From Psilocybe cubensis (taxonomy: Eukaryota), in assembly GCA_017499595.2 (NCBI GenBank), contig CM039002.1, forward strand, positions 2,914,001 to 2,978,000: a stretch of 64,000 nucleotides of DNA, in the 5' to 3' direction. The notes under the pieces were generated by a model. It was not told the DNA's origin and searched no databases. It saw nothing but the letters and a program-made list of their open reading frames with translations. Each line of letters opens with the position of its first letter. Position 1 is the first letter of the stretch. Made by a program: the position numbers and the translations under genes. Positions 48,160 through 61,044 of this stretch are shown piece by piece.

Positions 48160-50097
48160 CTACTGCATAATCTCTTCATCTACAAAAGGCTCTACGCGTC
48201 TAATGCACATGGGTTGTGGATCAGCCCAATTGCTTTCATCCGGTCCTTCACCATCGATATCCTGGGAGTAATCGGCTTTTGGGAAAGGGCGTTTGGAGTA
48301 TAAAAATGGCCACGTTGGAAGGTAGCACATTTCCTGTTCCAGCGAAAGACATATCAGGACTTTTCATATATCAAATATACGGAAAACAAACCTCGTAACT
48401 GCAAGCAGGCCGGCATCGAAGCCAGTGGCTCCAGTCCAGCCAAGCCATGAGATTTTCTACTTTCTTGGACCATCGACCAATTATTTCTGCCGAGTGCTCG
48501 AAAGCGGTGGGTGGTTTCTTGTCAGTTGGATCAGCAAGACCATACTCCATCCCCTCTGCCCATATACCGACGAGAACACGACATATCTCTTTCGTAACAC
48601 CCTTGATCGAGTCCAAAATAAGAACCTCGGAAGGCGTCAAGAGAGAAAGAAACTCTGCGCCTTCCATGTACGTTGTATGGGTGGTAGCACATAGCTCGAA
48701 CACAGGGGAAGCCCATGGATACCCACCTTTGGGTAGATCATTGTTGTTTGTCGGCGGAGTGGCCGAGTAGAGTGTATAAGGTGTGAGTATGCTTCTGACG
48801 TGCCGGTGAGCTACCTGCACAGTAGAATTGGCATCGCGAATGGCCGGGTCTGTCGAGTTCAAGATGTACTGAAGAACCTCGAGTCGCTCGGCATAACGAT
48901 TGGTTATGACTCTCATCAAAACTTTCCAGTTTACACCAGATCCCTGCGCATTCCCAGTTAGAGCTTTTTTGATACGCGCTTGCAACATGTTTGCGTCATC
49001 TCCACTGATACCGTCTAGCCGGTGTTCTAGTCGCTTCTTATTGAACCGACTACTTTGTAGGCTAGGGAAGGTTGCTGTGTCGTATAACGATATCAGACGT
49101 GAGTAATCGAGTTCGATGCGAGTGTCTCCCGGGAAGTGATTATGCCAGCTGCCTGATTCCATCACACGGTAAACGGTAGCGTAGAACATAGGGGAGCTGG
49201 GTGGGGGATGTGACGGTGAAAGTTGCGCACGGAGATCTTCCTTTGGTGGCGGATTCCACTTTGGTGGCCCTCCTCTCGTCGGAGCCAAGTTTAGGAAAGA
49301 AACGGTCTGCACGCCTGATGAAAAGTCACAAAGCATTATTTCGCTGGCAACCATTCAGCGAAGGCAAAGTTTGGTAAACAAAAAGGGAGGCTCACAAATT
49401 CATTTCCATCCTAAGAACCAAAACTGAGAATATACAATGAGATAATTCGATATGGCTACTCACCGGAGGAAACCATCGAGGCCGTACGGCTGCCCCCATT
49501 TACAGAGTTCCACAATCCTTTCCTTCTCGCGGAACGTCCATTCTGGTCTGACTTTTCCCCAGAGAGTGAGGTCCTGAGTGTCCATAGGGCCTCCGAGCAT
49601 CTTCGCGGCACTGCTTCCATCGAAATGTAGCACTTTGAGAGGACGCGATGTCACCATTGTGAGCTGCCAGCACCCAGAGGATTTACTGAGAGTGCGACAA
49701 AATAGAAACGAGTGCTCGGGATCGGTTGCCACCCACTCTGGTACGTCGGGAACTATTTCCCTGGATGTTCCGTGATACAGAAGGGTGCCTACTGGAATAG
49801 TCGCTGGTATGATGGTATGACCTGTCCCGAACAATCATCAGTCGCTTTCTTGCCTCCAATTGAACCATGGTACATGCCATTGCGATACCGCGTGTTTGGC
49901 CAATGCTGAAGTAAAGAATCCACGGTACCGAAAACCAAGTGGCTTGTAGAATTAACGGATGGTAGGTCGTCAAAATTCCATTGCGATTCTGTCATTATCT
50001 CCGTGCCCGAGCTTGAAAATACTGTCTGCCCAGGTCTAGAGAGCACGAGATCAATCAAGCCTGCAAGCAGCAGGAGGTTCGTCTTCACATAATGCAT
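48160..50097 (-). CDS. Uncharacterised secreted fungal protein, paralog 2 (LYHGT family)
   Basis: Signal-like MHYVKTNLLLLAGLIDLVLS; SLLQHWPNTRYRNG, GTLLYHGT, PEWVATDPEHSFLFC, HFDGSSAAK, LDGFLR, microexon MEMNF, EIMLCDF, LMAWLDWSHWLRCRPAC, PQPMCIRRVEP. Confidence 0.85.
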
Positions 50098-50433
50098 CCT
50101 GCAGTTCGACAAGATTATGATAGTGTTCTGGAGAAAAGGATGGGGCTGTAGTTGTCCGATAAGAGCATAGTTAACAACATAGAAGCACTGCCGCAGTTAT
50201 CTCCTTGAATCGACATATTTGCTGATGGCCCGACCAACACGCTTTTTCGACATATCAATTATGGGGGCGTCCAGAGGTAAATTCGCACGGGGTGACGATC
50301 AAAACACTTGTGGATCACGTGTGCTTAAGCATTTTTGGGTCGCTACCAGTGGGAGCAAGCTCCCCAATAAACCGGAATTCCAGGCAGCGAACGCTCACCG
50401 GCACAAACTGCATAACGGTGATCAGTCCACATT

Positions 50434-51177
50434 ATGAATTCTCGAATTCTATTTGCAAGGCCTACCTATTGCGGGATTACAAGTTATAGGTCATGTCGAC
50501 TTATTCATTACACTAGCTTGCCAAAACCACCCATGATTTCTGAATTGGTGAGCGAGAAGGACAATAAGGACGCGTCTGAATGGGTGGAACGCTTTGGGTC
50601 GACGGAGAAGAGGATACCAAAGGAACTTGTGGAACTTTCTTTCTCCAGAAGTTCAGGGCCAGGAGGACAGGTGAGTTGCAAAAATTCGTTTAGTTCTCAA
50701 ATCTAACTATGTGTCAGAACGTGAATAAAGTGAACACAAAAGCTACAGTTCGCTGTTCAATCAACGATTACTGGATTCCCCGTTGGGCTATACCAGCATT
50801 GAAGAAAAATGTACATCATATTTTCTGAATTCCTTTCAACAGTTGACGTGAGACATGTAGCCGCACTATGTCGAATCCACAAAGTCCCTACTCGTCACTT
50901 CCACGGTGCATCGCTCGCAACTCCAGAATGTAGAGGAATGTCTGCGAAAAGTGAGTCTAATATTTCACCCGAATATTTCTACCCCATAACCGAATTTCAG
51001 CTACACTCCGTGATCCTCTCAGCCGCTTCTAGTGCCATCCAGAAAGGCCCGTCTGAAGCGCAAGTTAAGAAAGTTGAGGGACTTGTGAAAGCGGAGAAGG
51101 CTCGACGCAAGATGGATAAAATGAAACGGAGCAGTGTCAAGCAATCAAGGAGTGGGCGAGGTGGATTCGATTTCTAA
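50434..51177 (+). CDS. Mitochondrial peptidyl-tRNA hydrolase, RF-1/GGQ domain (ICT1/Pth4-like)
   Basis: FSRSSGPGGQ|NVNKVNTKA, SQLQNVEECL, basic C-terminal tail KARRKMDKMKRSSVKQSR. Confidence 0.88.
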
Positions 51178-54100
51178 TTGGAAGAGAGACGACATTATGC
51201 ACGTCCAGGGTTGACCGGAAACGACGCAATCTGGATAACAACCGGACTGCCACCATGGCCAAAGGCGAAAGCAACGATCTCGATTCCCTTTCTGTCTGAT
51301 TCCAAAACGTTGGGCGGGAAGCCTGATTCATGAATCCTACGGCAACCAACGTCACCGGCTTAAGCCTTAACCTGGAAGTGAATTTGTGCTGCTTCATATT
51401 GCACTCGATTCACAGGGAATATGCCTCCAGCAATACTTGCGACTTACGTGTGTCGTGCCCTTCATTCGAAGAGAATAAGAAACGCAACCCCTTTTACGTG
51501 TTGAACTTCCCGGTGGGCTTACCTGCGGGCGACCCCGCTCGTTGCACCGTTGTACCTCCAATCCGACTGCATTTTCCATCATCAGTACCCACGCTGCGCT
51601 CCGGGCTGTCCTTCAAGATGTCAAAGGCGGAAGAAAAGATGGACAGTCAACTCGCAGTCAACAATCACACCGACCTGCTCGGACGATCTGCTCAACGCCT
51701 ACGGATACCACGCCCAATCCTAGGAACTCGGCATGAACAGGGCGGGAAGGGTAGATAACGCTGCTTCCTGACCTCGGATCTAAATTTCATTTCCTGCATC
51801 CGCACCAAAGCACGTTATAGAAACTCAAGGCAGGTCCAAAGAAGACTACTGGCATCAACATTGCGCGACCCTTGCTTTACTCCCCCCTTCGGCTCCGTTC
51901 AAAGACCCAATGACAGATGATGGGGATTGTACCTCCATCGGATTTGCGATAACTATTCGGCGCGCAGTGTTTCGATTATGATCGGGAAATATGGGAGAAG
52001 GAGCTTGAGGCCGCGACAAGATGCCTCTGCGATTGGATTGGCGCGATCGGTTTCCCCCTGACGTCAATCGTATTGTGTATGCACATACATGCATCACTCT
52101 CTTCGCCTAGCGCATCGCGGGGAGCGTTCCATGCAGAATAATCTATGGAAATGAATGAATGGGTTTTTGGCGTCAACTGTGAAAGAGACGCCGTTTGCTT
52201 TGCCACAGCCGTACACGTTACGTTGGAGAAGGGGGGTTTGAAGAGGCCTGAACTGCATTGGTGACTCCAGGATGACTCGATGAATGTGTCGTATGGACGT
52301 CCTTCTTTCGTTTCCTGTACAGCAAAAAAACCCTCGATCGTGCCCGTCTGTCGATTGAACTGAGAACCGTTCTATTGGAATATACTCTTTCGATAGTCAT
52401 TTCGATGTCGATTTTTGAACTCCTTAGGTGCTTTGCTGGGCATGTGCTGCTTAGCGGACTCCATTCCAATGAAGCTGTGGAGAGAGATTATCAAGTGTCC
52501 TCGATGCAATGAACGGGAAGACGAGAACTGGCGAAAAAAGTTTGCGCAATGGCATATGACTTGAACTCCAAGCTCCAAAGCAAAAGCATCGCATGACACC
52601 GCTTCCTCTCCCTTCCTTCGCTCTTATCTTATCTTTCCTCCACCCTTGATGAGCTCATTCCACCAACTAGACTTGACGGCTCGTCCATTGGCTAGAACGA
52701 ACGGACGAATGAACGAGCGCAGAGCAAGCCACACTGAAATGCACTTTCGAAGCCTGATTTCTCCTTCTCAACCGCCACCCCTCGCGATAGATTACAGCTT
52801 CTGGGCTTCTAATGAGTGTTTCGCGCGTCGCGCGCTCCTTCTGCCTCAGTCCTCCCAAGCTTCACCGAGTCTGGCCCCCCTGGGTGGCTGTATTGCTCCG
52901 GTGTCCCTGTACCCGGAATCCCGGTCCGGGACTTGGCACACTGTGTGGCGGTGCTCGAGGCTGACTTCCTTGATGCCTTTGAGCTTGAATTCTGAATGGC
53001 ATTTTTCAATTGCGGTGTTATGGTCCTTTTTTCAGTTTTCATACAACACACATGATGATGACGATGCTGTTAGACACTGAGATAGTGTCAGGTGTATGTG
53101 GAGTTAGTCCGTCAGCTGGACTGCACGCTCTTCTTTCCTCATCGATGATGTTCAGTGGTGTTGGAGGAATCGAGCGGTACTAGCTGCGGGACGCGCGTAT
53201 TAGGACATACGCCGCATGACTATGAGTGTGGATAGGATGGACGAATATTTTTTCTGAAGGGATAATGTGTGTAAGACAGTTTGTGCCTCATTCGCAGAGA
53301 TGGAAGGGCTACATTCTCGTGTTCTTATCTGCGAGTGTGTGTAGCACTGTATGACATTCCCAGAACACTTTTTTCATTCATTTCATCTTTGTCATGGACA
53401 GGGAAGAAGAGTCAAAGCAGATGAAGATTCGACTGCCAGGACGTTTAGGTTAAAACCGGTGACTTGAGGTGCGGGTTCGCGAAGATGCGGAGTCAATGAG
53501 TGGTTTGTGCTGCTTGTGCCACTGCCACTCTTCTGCGTATTCTCGAAGGCGCTTGGTCTTGGGGCGACGGCTGCGCTGGGAGAGATGGACGAAGGGAGCC
53601 GCTAATGGTGGCTGTCATGTGTTTTAATTTTAGAGTATGCGTTGGTGTAGTTTGTGTACCCCGAGGCACCGGGAGTGGTGTATGGTGAGTGCGAGGTACC
53701 CATACACTCATTTGTCGAGTGGGAGTCTGACTCATGGCTGAATTGGCTGAATGAAGCCTCAGATTCTCCTTGCTGATCCCTTCAACCCTCAAGACACATC
53801 CTATTTGGATTGGGATTCATTCATGCCTCTCGTTGGCTGGATCGGTTTCCTTGGTGGATTTCGCTATTCATTTCCATATAGTACGTGTTTGTGCTTGTTC
53901 TATTTTTGCGTTCGAAGGAGTCTTTTTAAACGTGGATGACCTCCGGTGTTGGATAATTTAACTGATGGTTTGAATCTTTTTAGGATATCTTTAGAACTTT
54001 AGGTCGCTGAAAATCCTACATCGACTCGGAGTTTTCTTCACTCTCCTCAATTCTGCAGTGACGGCGGCGCCGCAAATTTTACTTCCGCCAAACGATGTTT

Positions 54101-55344
54101 GGTTGCAAGGGGTAAAGTTCATATATCAACGCGGATATACCTGCAGGAGAATATTCAGTAAGTCCTTTACATCGCATTCATAAGGAAACCCGTTATCCTG
54201 GGTAGTGGATTTTCGATTTTAAGCTTTGTGGGTATTTTTGGCTATGGAACGCTTCGTTTGAAACATTCTGATTTTGTCATTTCCAGTTATTGCCTATGCA
54301 TGGGGAATACGAACATCATCGATCATAAACCTTCAAATATGATTCCGAAAATCAGACGCAAATCATGCGTTCTAAGGGTTGTTAAAGGCGACGAGCGTGC
54401 TTTCGAGATCGAATAATCCATTTCGCTGCAACAAGCGCTTGTTATGAGTTTTGACTGCGGGATACTGATCTTTTGAGCATTGGCAAGTAACTGGATACAT
54501 ATCCATTCTTGGTGGTGGTTACCAACTTTCCACGCGGCCTTTCAGCGAATTTTGACTTTCAAATTGTTCTCACTCTTATGATCTTTCCCATGTCAGCACG
54601 GTGTATTGTTTTCATTAGGTGGCCAGCATCATCAACAATCAGCCTTGTTTTCATTAATCGAAGCTGATGCCGTCATCCATGTGCAAATTTTCTCCGATAA
54701 AGGGGGACTCGAATGACATGACTGCATTCTCACTTTTCGTCAGCGTGGTATGTTGTGGCTTTCCTTCGGGCAACATCAAAATATCAGCGACCTCATCAAC
54801 CGTATTTAATTCACAACGCGGAGTGGATGCGGATATCAGCACAAGTAAAGCTCGAAGCATGCTGAACGTATATGGACGATATTAAGAGGCAAAGTGCTTC
54901 GCCATGGGTCATATTATGACCCTCGGATGTGCTTCTGGGAGCATGCTGGAAGCACGATAAGATATCTCGAAAAAGACTATTATCTCGCTGAGTCGGAGAC
55001 AAGGTGTCAGCGGCGTTCTTTGGATTGCATCTGGATGGTAACAAGGCGAAGGGTGATAGCTACTTTTAGCCTGCCAACTTCCACGGAATGTCACTTTGCT
55101 GGGTTTAATACAAGCAGCGATATTCAGGGGAGGGGGATAGCAGAATGCCAAACAGACGCAAAGTTTGTTTTTCCCTAGAACAGCAGGTGCTCTTCGGATT
55201 TCGATTTCAACTCTTCTTGTCTCCTACTTCCATCATCTCCCTCCCTTCTCCTCTTCTTCCCTTTATAACGTTCTCTTCTTTCTCCAGCGCTCTTCAGCTG
55301 GTCCCCCTCAGTCTTTTCTTCAGCACACTCGCTCATCTTTCACA

Positions 55345-57951
55345 ATGAAGCTCTTGTTGACGTTGGCCGCCGCGGCTGCCTCGGCGAACGCATACTGGCT
55401 TATGGGAATCGGTACGTTGAAAATTTGCACACACTGGCTCCATAGATGACGAATTGATTGCTCGCAGAGGATTTTATCACCACTGAGCGTATTGACCCCG
55501 TTGTCAACCCTGGCAAGGTCTCGGGTCATGCTCATTCAGGTTAGTGCGCGCGTCTATTCGCTTAATGGATTGTGATCGACCGTAATTGGTTGTCCCTATC
55601 CGTACATCCAGTTCTTGGCGGCAGCAACTTCAGATTTTCCACAACCACAGCGCAGTTGCGCGAGAGTGACTGCACTTCAATTCCTATTCCGCAGGACAAG
55701 TCTGCGTACTGGTTCCCGGTAAGGTTTATCCGGACTCAATAGTTTCATCATACTGATGGAAATTTCTTTTCAGCATCTTTACTTCCAGTAAGATAAGGAG
55801 CTGTGTGGTCAGTGGAGCATACTAACATCGGCATACAGATGGAACAATGGAAGCTTCACCAGTCTTAACGGTGGAGCCGTCATGTAAGTTTCCCTTTTCG
55901 TTGCTATTTTCGCTACATCTGAACTCAACCTTTTTCTTCTTCAAGCTGTAAGCAAAAAAGATCCATACCGTCGCGAGGGATCGTAAACTGATTGATCTTC
56001 TATTATAAGATTACTTGTTCAGCGATACTCCAGGAACCACAACCGCCTTTCCCGATGATGTCAGTTTGTCTTGTTGCTATACGCGTGTCATCATATCTGA
56101 CGTGACCATTTTTTTCAGTTCCGTATGATCAGCGGTATGTATTCTCCAGATAGATGGCATAGAAAACAAGTTTGATGAAAGATTTTCTTAGGTGACCCAA
56201 CCCTTCGTACCTACGACCCTACCAGTTTTGCACAGCAAGCAGTGACTTTCCTTTGCCTCGATTTCAACGGCGTTTCCACCAAGCACAACGAACTTCCCTC
56301 CGGCCCCTGCCCATCTGGTATTCGTGCTCAGATTGTATGTTCATTTGGCATATTATTATCTAGAAAACTAGAACTGACTTTGTCGTCGAATTATAGAACT
56401 TCCCTAGTTGCTGGGATGGAAAGGTTGGTTTTGCGTTTGTCTTATGTTCGTTGCTGCGTGATTGACTGGATCCTTTCAAACAACAGAACCTAGACTCGCC
56501 TGACCACAAGTCCCATGTTGCTTTCCTGTCCAACGGACCTGACAGTGGAACCTGCAGTGATCCCAAATTCCCAGTTGTTCTGCCCCGTATCTTCATGGAG
56601 GTACGTCCTAGCATAGCAACGAAACGTTTTGCTCTGCGCGATCCTGATAATCCTTTGACCTTTAGGTCTACTGGGGATCCCAGGACTTCGACAGTGTTAG
56701 GTCTCAAGCCCGAAATACCTCTCAGCCTTTCGTGTAAGTTCGATTTCTCTGTACCCGAGAACAATGTTGACCAATTGAACGCCATCAGTTACGCTCACGG
56801 AGACCCTACCGGCTACGGATACCACGCTGGTTAGTTTTTCCTTTTTTATTTCGAATGTTTCTTAATAACTCCCCGTCAATTCAGATTTCATCAATGGATG
56901 GGATAAGGGAGTCTTGCAAAAGGCCGTCGACAACTGCCACTGCAACGAATTCGGCGATGTCAGTCAGCTTATGAACCTGTGAAGGTCATTCAAAACTAAT
57001 TCCTGCATTTGTAGGCTACTTGCTGCGCCCAACAGGGTATCTTCGACCTGAACCAAGGAAAGAACTGCCGCATTACCAAGGCCATCGACGAGCAGAGTAA
57101 GTCGCAATAAGTAATTTTTTCGTTTTTAGGGGTGACGCTAAAACGTCCCTCAAGCTACTGGCACTCTTCTCAAGCTCCCCGGAAACAACCCAGTGCAGCC
57201 CTATGGAAAGAAGGCTACTATCTTCACTGATAATGTCACTCCTCCCCTTCTTTCCCCCATCTTCGCATACACTGGCGACTCCCCGACCGCCACGGGTACC
57301 GTTGTGACTCCGGGTCAAACGCAGGCCCAACAAGTGAGCTCGGTCGCCGCCACCTCTGCCGCCGCCACTTCTGCCGCCATCAGTTCTGCCGCTGTCAGTT
57401 CTGCCGCCGCTGCCACCTCTGTCAACGCCCCCGTTCCCCCAGCTTCATCGTCGTCCGCTGTGGCTGCCAACCCAGGCGGAGTTAGTAGCGCCGTGTCCAG
57501 CGCACATGTCCCGACCACTACCCCCGTCGCCAGCTCCCAAGTTCCTGCCACTTCACCTAGGTCTGCTACCTCCTCTGTTGCTGTGTCGCACCAGACCACT
57601 GCTACAGTCAAAGCGACGTCCATCGTCCCACCCGCTACACGTCCCTCTGCCCTTCCTTCGCAAGGTAATGGACTGTACGGTGGCCCTGGCTCTGCCTCTG
57701 GAAGCGGTTCCAATTCAGGCAGCACATCTGGTAGCCACCCAGGATCAGGATCTTCCAACGCCCCAGGGAACTCATCTAACAACCACTCTGGCTCAGGTAT
57801 GTCCTCTGGCTCACACTCGGGACCTGGCTCCTCCGGACACGGCACATGCTCCTCCAAGAAGAAGCGCCGTGCGATGGAACAGCACCGCCGCCGCACCTTC
57901 GACTCGCAGGCGCCGCACGTCCGCCACTTGGACTACGTTTACACGAATTAA
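55345..57951 (+). CDS. Secreted DUF1996-domain protein with Ser/Ala/Gly-rich tail; many short exons
   Basis: Signal MKLLLTLAAAAASANA; ERIDPVVNPG, GHAHSVLGGSNF, DKSAYWFP, FRMISGDP, CPSGIRAQINFPSCWDGKNLDSPDHKSHVA, GDPTGYGYHADFINGWD. Confidence 0.92.
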
Positions 57952-59361
57952 CGACCCCTCACCCCTTTTTTTTAACGACTCCGCCTTTCCCCCGCTTTTT
58001 TTATTCTTATATTCTGCATTCTCTCTGTCATTGCAAGCAACACAGTCACCCCCTTGAAGCGAGAAACAAACTTGCGGTTTTATTTCTCCTTCGCCTTACC
58101 TTCTTTTGTCCTTTCAGCGACCGAGCGCTCCCAGAACGCCCTCGCTCAACTCCGACACATCCTTGTCTGATTCTATTTTTTTTTCAATCGGGTTCTTTGG
58201 CTTTCAACTCGTTCCACTATCGTCATCAGCATCATCATCAGCATTGCTATCGGTTTTTTTCCCCATTGACAGACGCCGTCGCGTCTCGCCCCGTTTTCAC
58301 TTTTTCCTTTCTCGTCGTCTCGCCTCGTCTCGCTATCCCACGTGTTCTCTTTCTCCAAATTCCATTCCTCCGCTAAGTCAGAGGAACCGAGGAATCGACC
58401 CATCCGTGATGGGCGTACATAGATTAACAAACTACCCACCCCAACAATCTCGATGGTAGCAGCAGTCCGAATCCAGCTCGCTACGCTCTTTGTAGTGGAC
58501 GGATTCGTCTTCATGCTCTGGATAAAACCATCGAGATTTAACTGGGTTGAAAGACGCCAAAAAAAAGAGCCAAATTTGTATATACACCACCTGCGGTTGC
58601 GTGTTTCTTTTAAAATACCTTTTTGTCAAAATGCTTTTATGTAGATTGATTTAAAATTGCATAATGCATTTTCGTAGTGTTTTGAGTGTTTTCGGGCGGT
58701 TTTCGGTTCTTTTTCATTTGACTATTGGGTCCGAGATGTCAAGAGGCCAGCGTAGGTGTGAGTGTTATTTTTAGATGGCCCTGTTTTGCTTGGCAAAGCA
58801 GCACGTGTTCCGATAATTCGGCTTTCGTCATCGACGCAAGAGCGCTGCGTTGCAGACACAGAGATCGAAGGGAAGAATGTACACTGAACGATGAGGACGA
58901 TTGTAAATTAAAGAAACAAGTGTGTCGACGTAAGGATACAAAGAGAAAATGCATGTTCTAATCAAATGTACTAGCACAAAATTGCAATGGGGTCCAGGAG
59001 GAAAGAAAGGAGAAAAAAAAAACAACGAAGCAAAGCAACGCGACATGTCAAAAATACAAAGTGTAAAGTAGGATATGGGGGTTGCTGCCTAATGGCAGAG
59101 CCCAGGTCCCTAAGGGTATGTAGAAGGGACGGGGACATCGGACATGCGATGTCTGACTCGTCCCAGGGCATACCCCCGCAATGGGGCAGCTACACAATAA
59201 ATTAAAAGCGGTGCTGCCCCAAACCAAAAAAATACAAAAGTGTTGATAGCAATGATAGTTCTCACCCCCAACCCCCAACCTGTCGAATCAAAGTCTCGCT
59301 GTAGGTATGAAGGGAGGGAGGGGGGACCGAGTACAGCAGACGAAACAATGTACGTCGAAAC

Positions 59362-61044
59362 CTAAGCAAATACAGCAACGGCACCTCTCGCCTCGTCTTT
59401 GATGCCCTTGACATTTTTGAAGTCTCTATCGACTTCTGGGCCCCAGACGCCGTCGATCTTGACGCTGAGGTGCACGCGCCCGCATTCCGCCACGGGGCAT
59501 TTCCACTCGAACTCGCCTTCGATTTTCGGTTTTTTGGCTGGTCCACGCCGCCTTTTAGGTGTGGGGATGTACTCTGTCAAACGAGAGAGTGCGGCGTACG
59601 ACGCGGACGCAAATGATGCAGCAGATGAGACAGGTGGTGGAGGGGAAACAAGGGGAGCGGTAGACGAGGAAGCCGGCGCGTTCTGCCTTGACCGCAACCG
59701 CGAGCGGATACTATTCGTCGCATCCTCCTCTGCGGGTGCCTGGGCCTGGGGATCTGTTGGCGCGTCCCCGCTGCCATACGTCGGGGATACGACGGCTTTA
59801 GCTTTCCCTTTTCCTTTGCGATCTTTAGGTGCGGGCTTGTCTCCTACTTGTTCTTCGTGAGGCCGTCCAAGTTCGTTGAGACATTTTTCGTCGATGAGAT
59901 GCCCACAACGGAGCCCCCAAACTCGTTTAAACTGACCTTCTTCGGGTGCAAGAGCCGCGTTCAGAACCAGGGGGTCTAAGCATTTGGCACACACGAGCAC
60001 CAAGTTTAATGTCCCTGATCCTGACGAATCGCTTTGTCCAGACGTTGAGGGCCCGGAAGATGAGGGTGTATCCTCATCGTCGTCATCTATAATGATAGGC
60101 TGTTCTGCGGACGTGGGTGGGAAAAGGCGTGTTCGTGTGTTCTCATCATCGTCAGCCGGAGCAAAATCAAAGGTGAAGCCAGGCTCGGGTTTGGAAGGAT
60201 GCGTGTAATGTTGGTGATACTGCTCCTTTTCTCTAGGCTGTTTAACAAAGTGGTGCCGTTGCCGCCATAAATATTCAGGTCGATCTGTCGGACTCGTATG
60301 AGCCAGCTCGTGAAAAAACATTTGGATGTTTGATTCCATGTAATTTGCGAAGAAATCATCGTCGTCAATTGCATTTCTCCGCCGCGCAGCGGCCGCAACC
60401 CGCGCGTATTGGCGCATATGCTGTGCTCTGTTTTGAGTCCTATTATTTGAAGAAATAAGAGCTCCGCCTAGACCTAGCGCTGGAATGTGTCGAGATATAG
60501 GTGCCGCTTCTAGTGGGGGAGATGGAGCATTTGGAGCGTTTGACGGTCCAGCGATGGGCCCCGTTTCAATTCTAGGTGGTGGTGCACTTGGAAAAACAGG
60601 CAGAGATCTCAACGTATTTAATTGTGCTCTCTGGTGGCGAGTAGCCAGACGGGGATTGATGGCAGGTACTGGAGGAATGCGGTGGTTAGAGCTTCGCGGA
60701 GGTGGTGGCGAAATATACTGTCGATGGCTTTGAGCCCGGTCTGCGTCTGCAGTAATATATTTTTAGTCAGTAAGTGGCCTTCTCGGGGATGAATAAAACT
60801 GACTGTGGCCAGATAGCGACATAGTCGACAGAATTTCTATATCGCCCTCGTCATCGCTCTCGATCCATATAGAGTCTGTGCGCGAAGTCCCCCTTCTAAG
60901 GTTCCGGGGTGGGAGCTGTGGCTGTCCACCACCAGGGTCAAGGGAGTCAACATCGATAATTTCGATAGAATCGCTTCTTGAACGAGACCCCGAGGCTTCA
61001 GCATTGTTCGTGGTGGCCATAGGACGTTCGACAGCGGTGGACAT
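59362..61044 (-). CDS. SIM-containing RING-type protein (Rfp1/Slx5-like STUbL subunit candidate)
   Basis: SIM-like motifs IEIIDVD, IWIESDDE, IEILS, IIIDDDDED; CAKC...LRCGHLIDEKC...CPVAEC. One intron near 60750-60805. Confidence 0.75.

Noticed and set aside
51180-55300. Scattered 60-140 aa ORFs between the GGQ hydrolase and DUF1996 genes
   Set aside because: I could not assemble a consistent spliced model or recognise motifs; the region may hold decayed fragments.
57315-58376. Long antisense and alternative-frame ORFs over the DUF1996 tail
   Set aside because: GC-rich low-complexity shadows of the Ser/Ala/Gly-rich exon.
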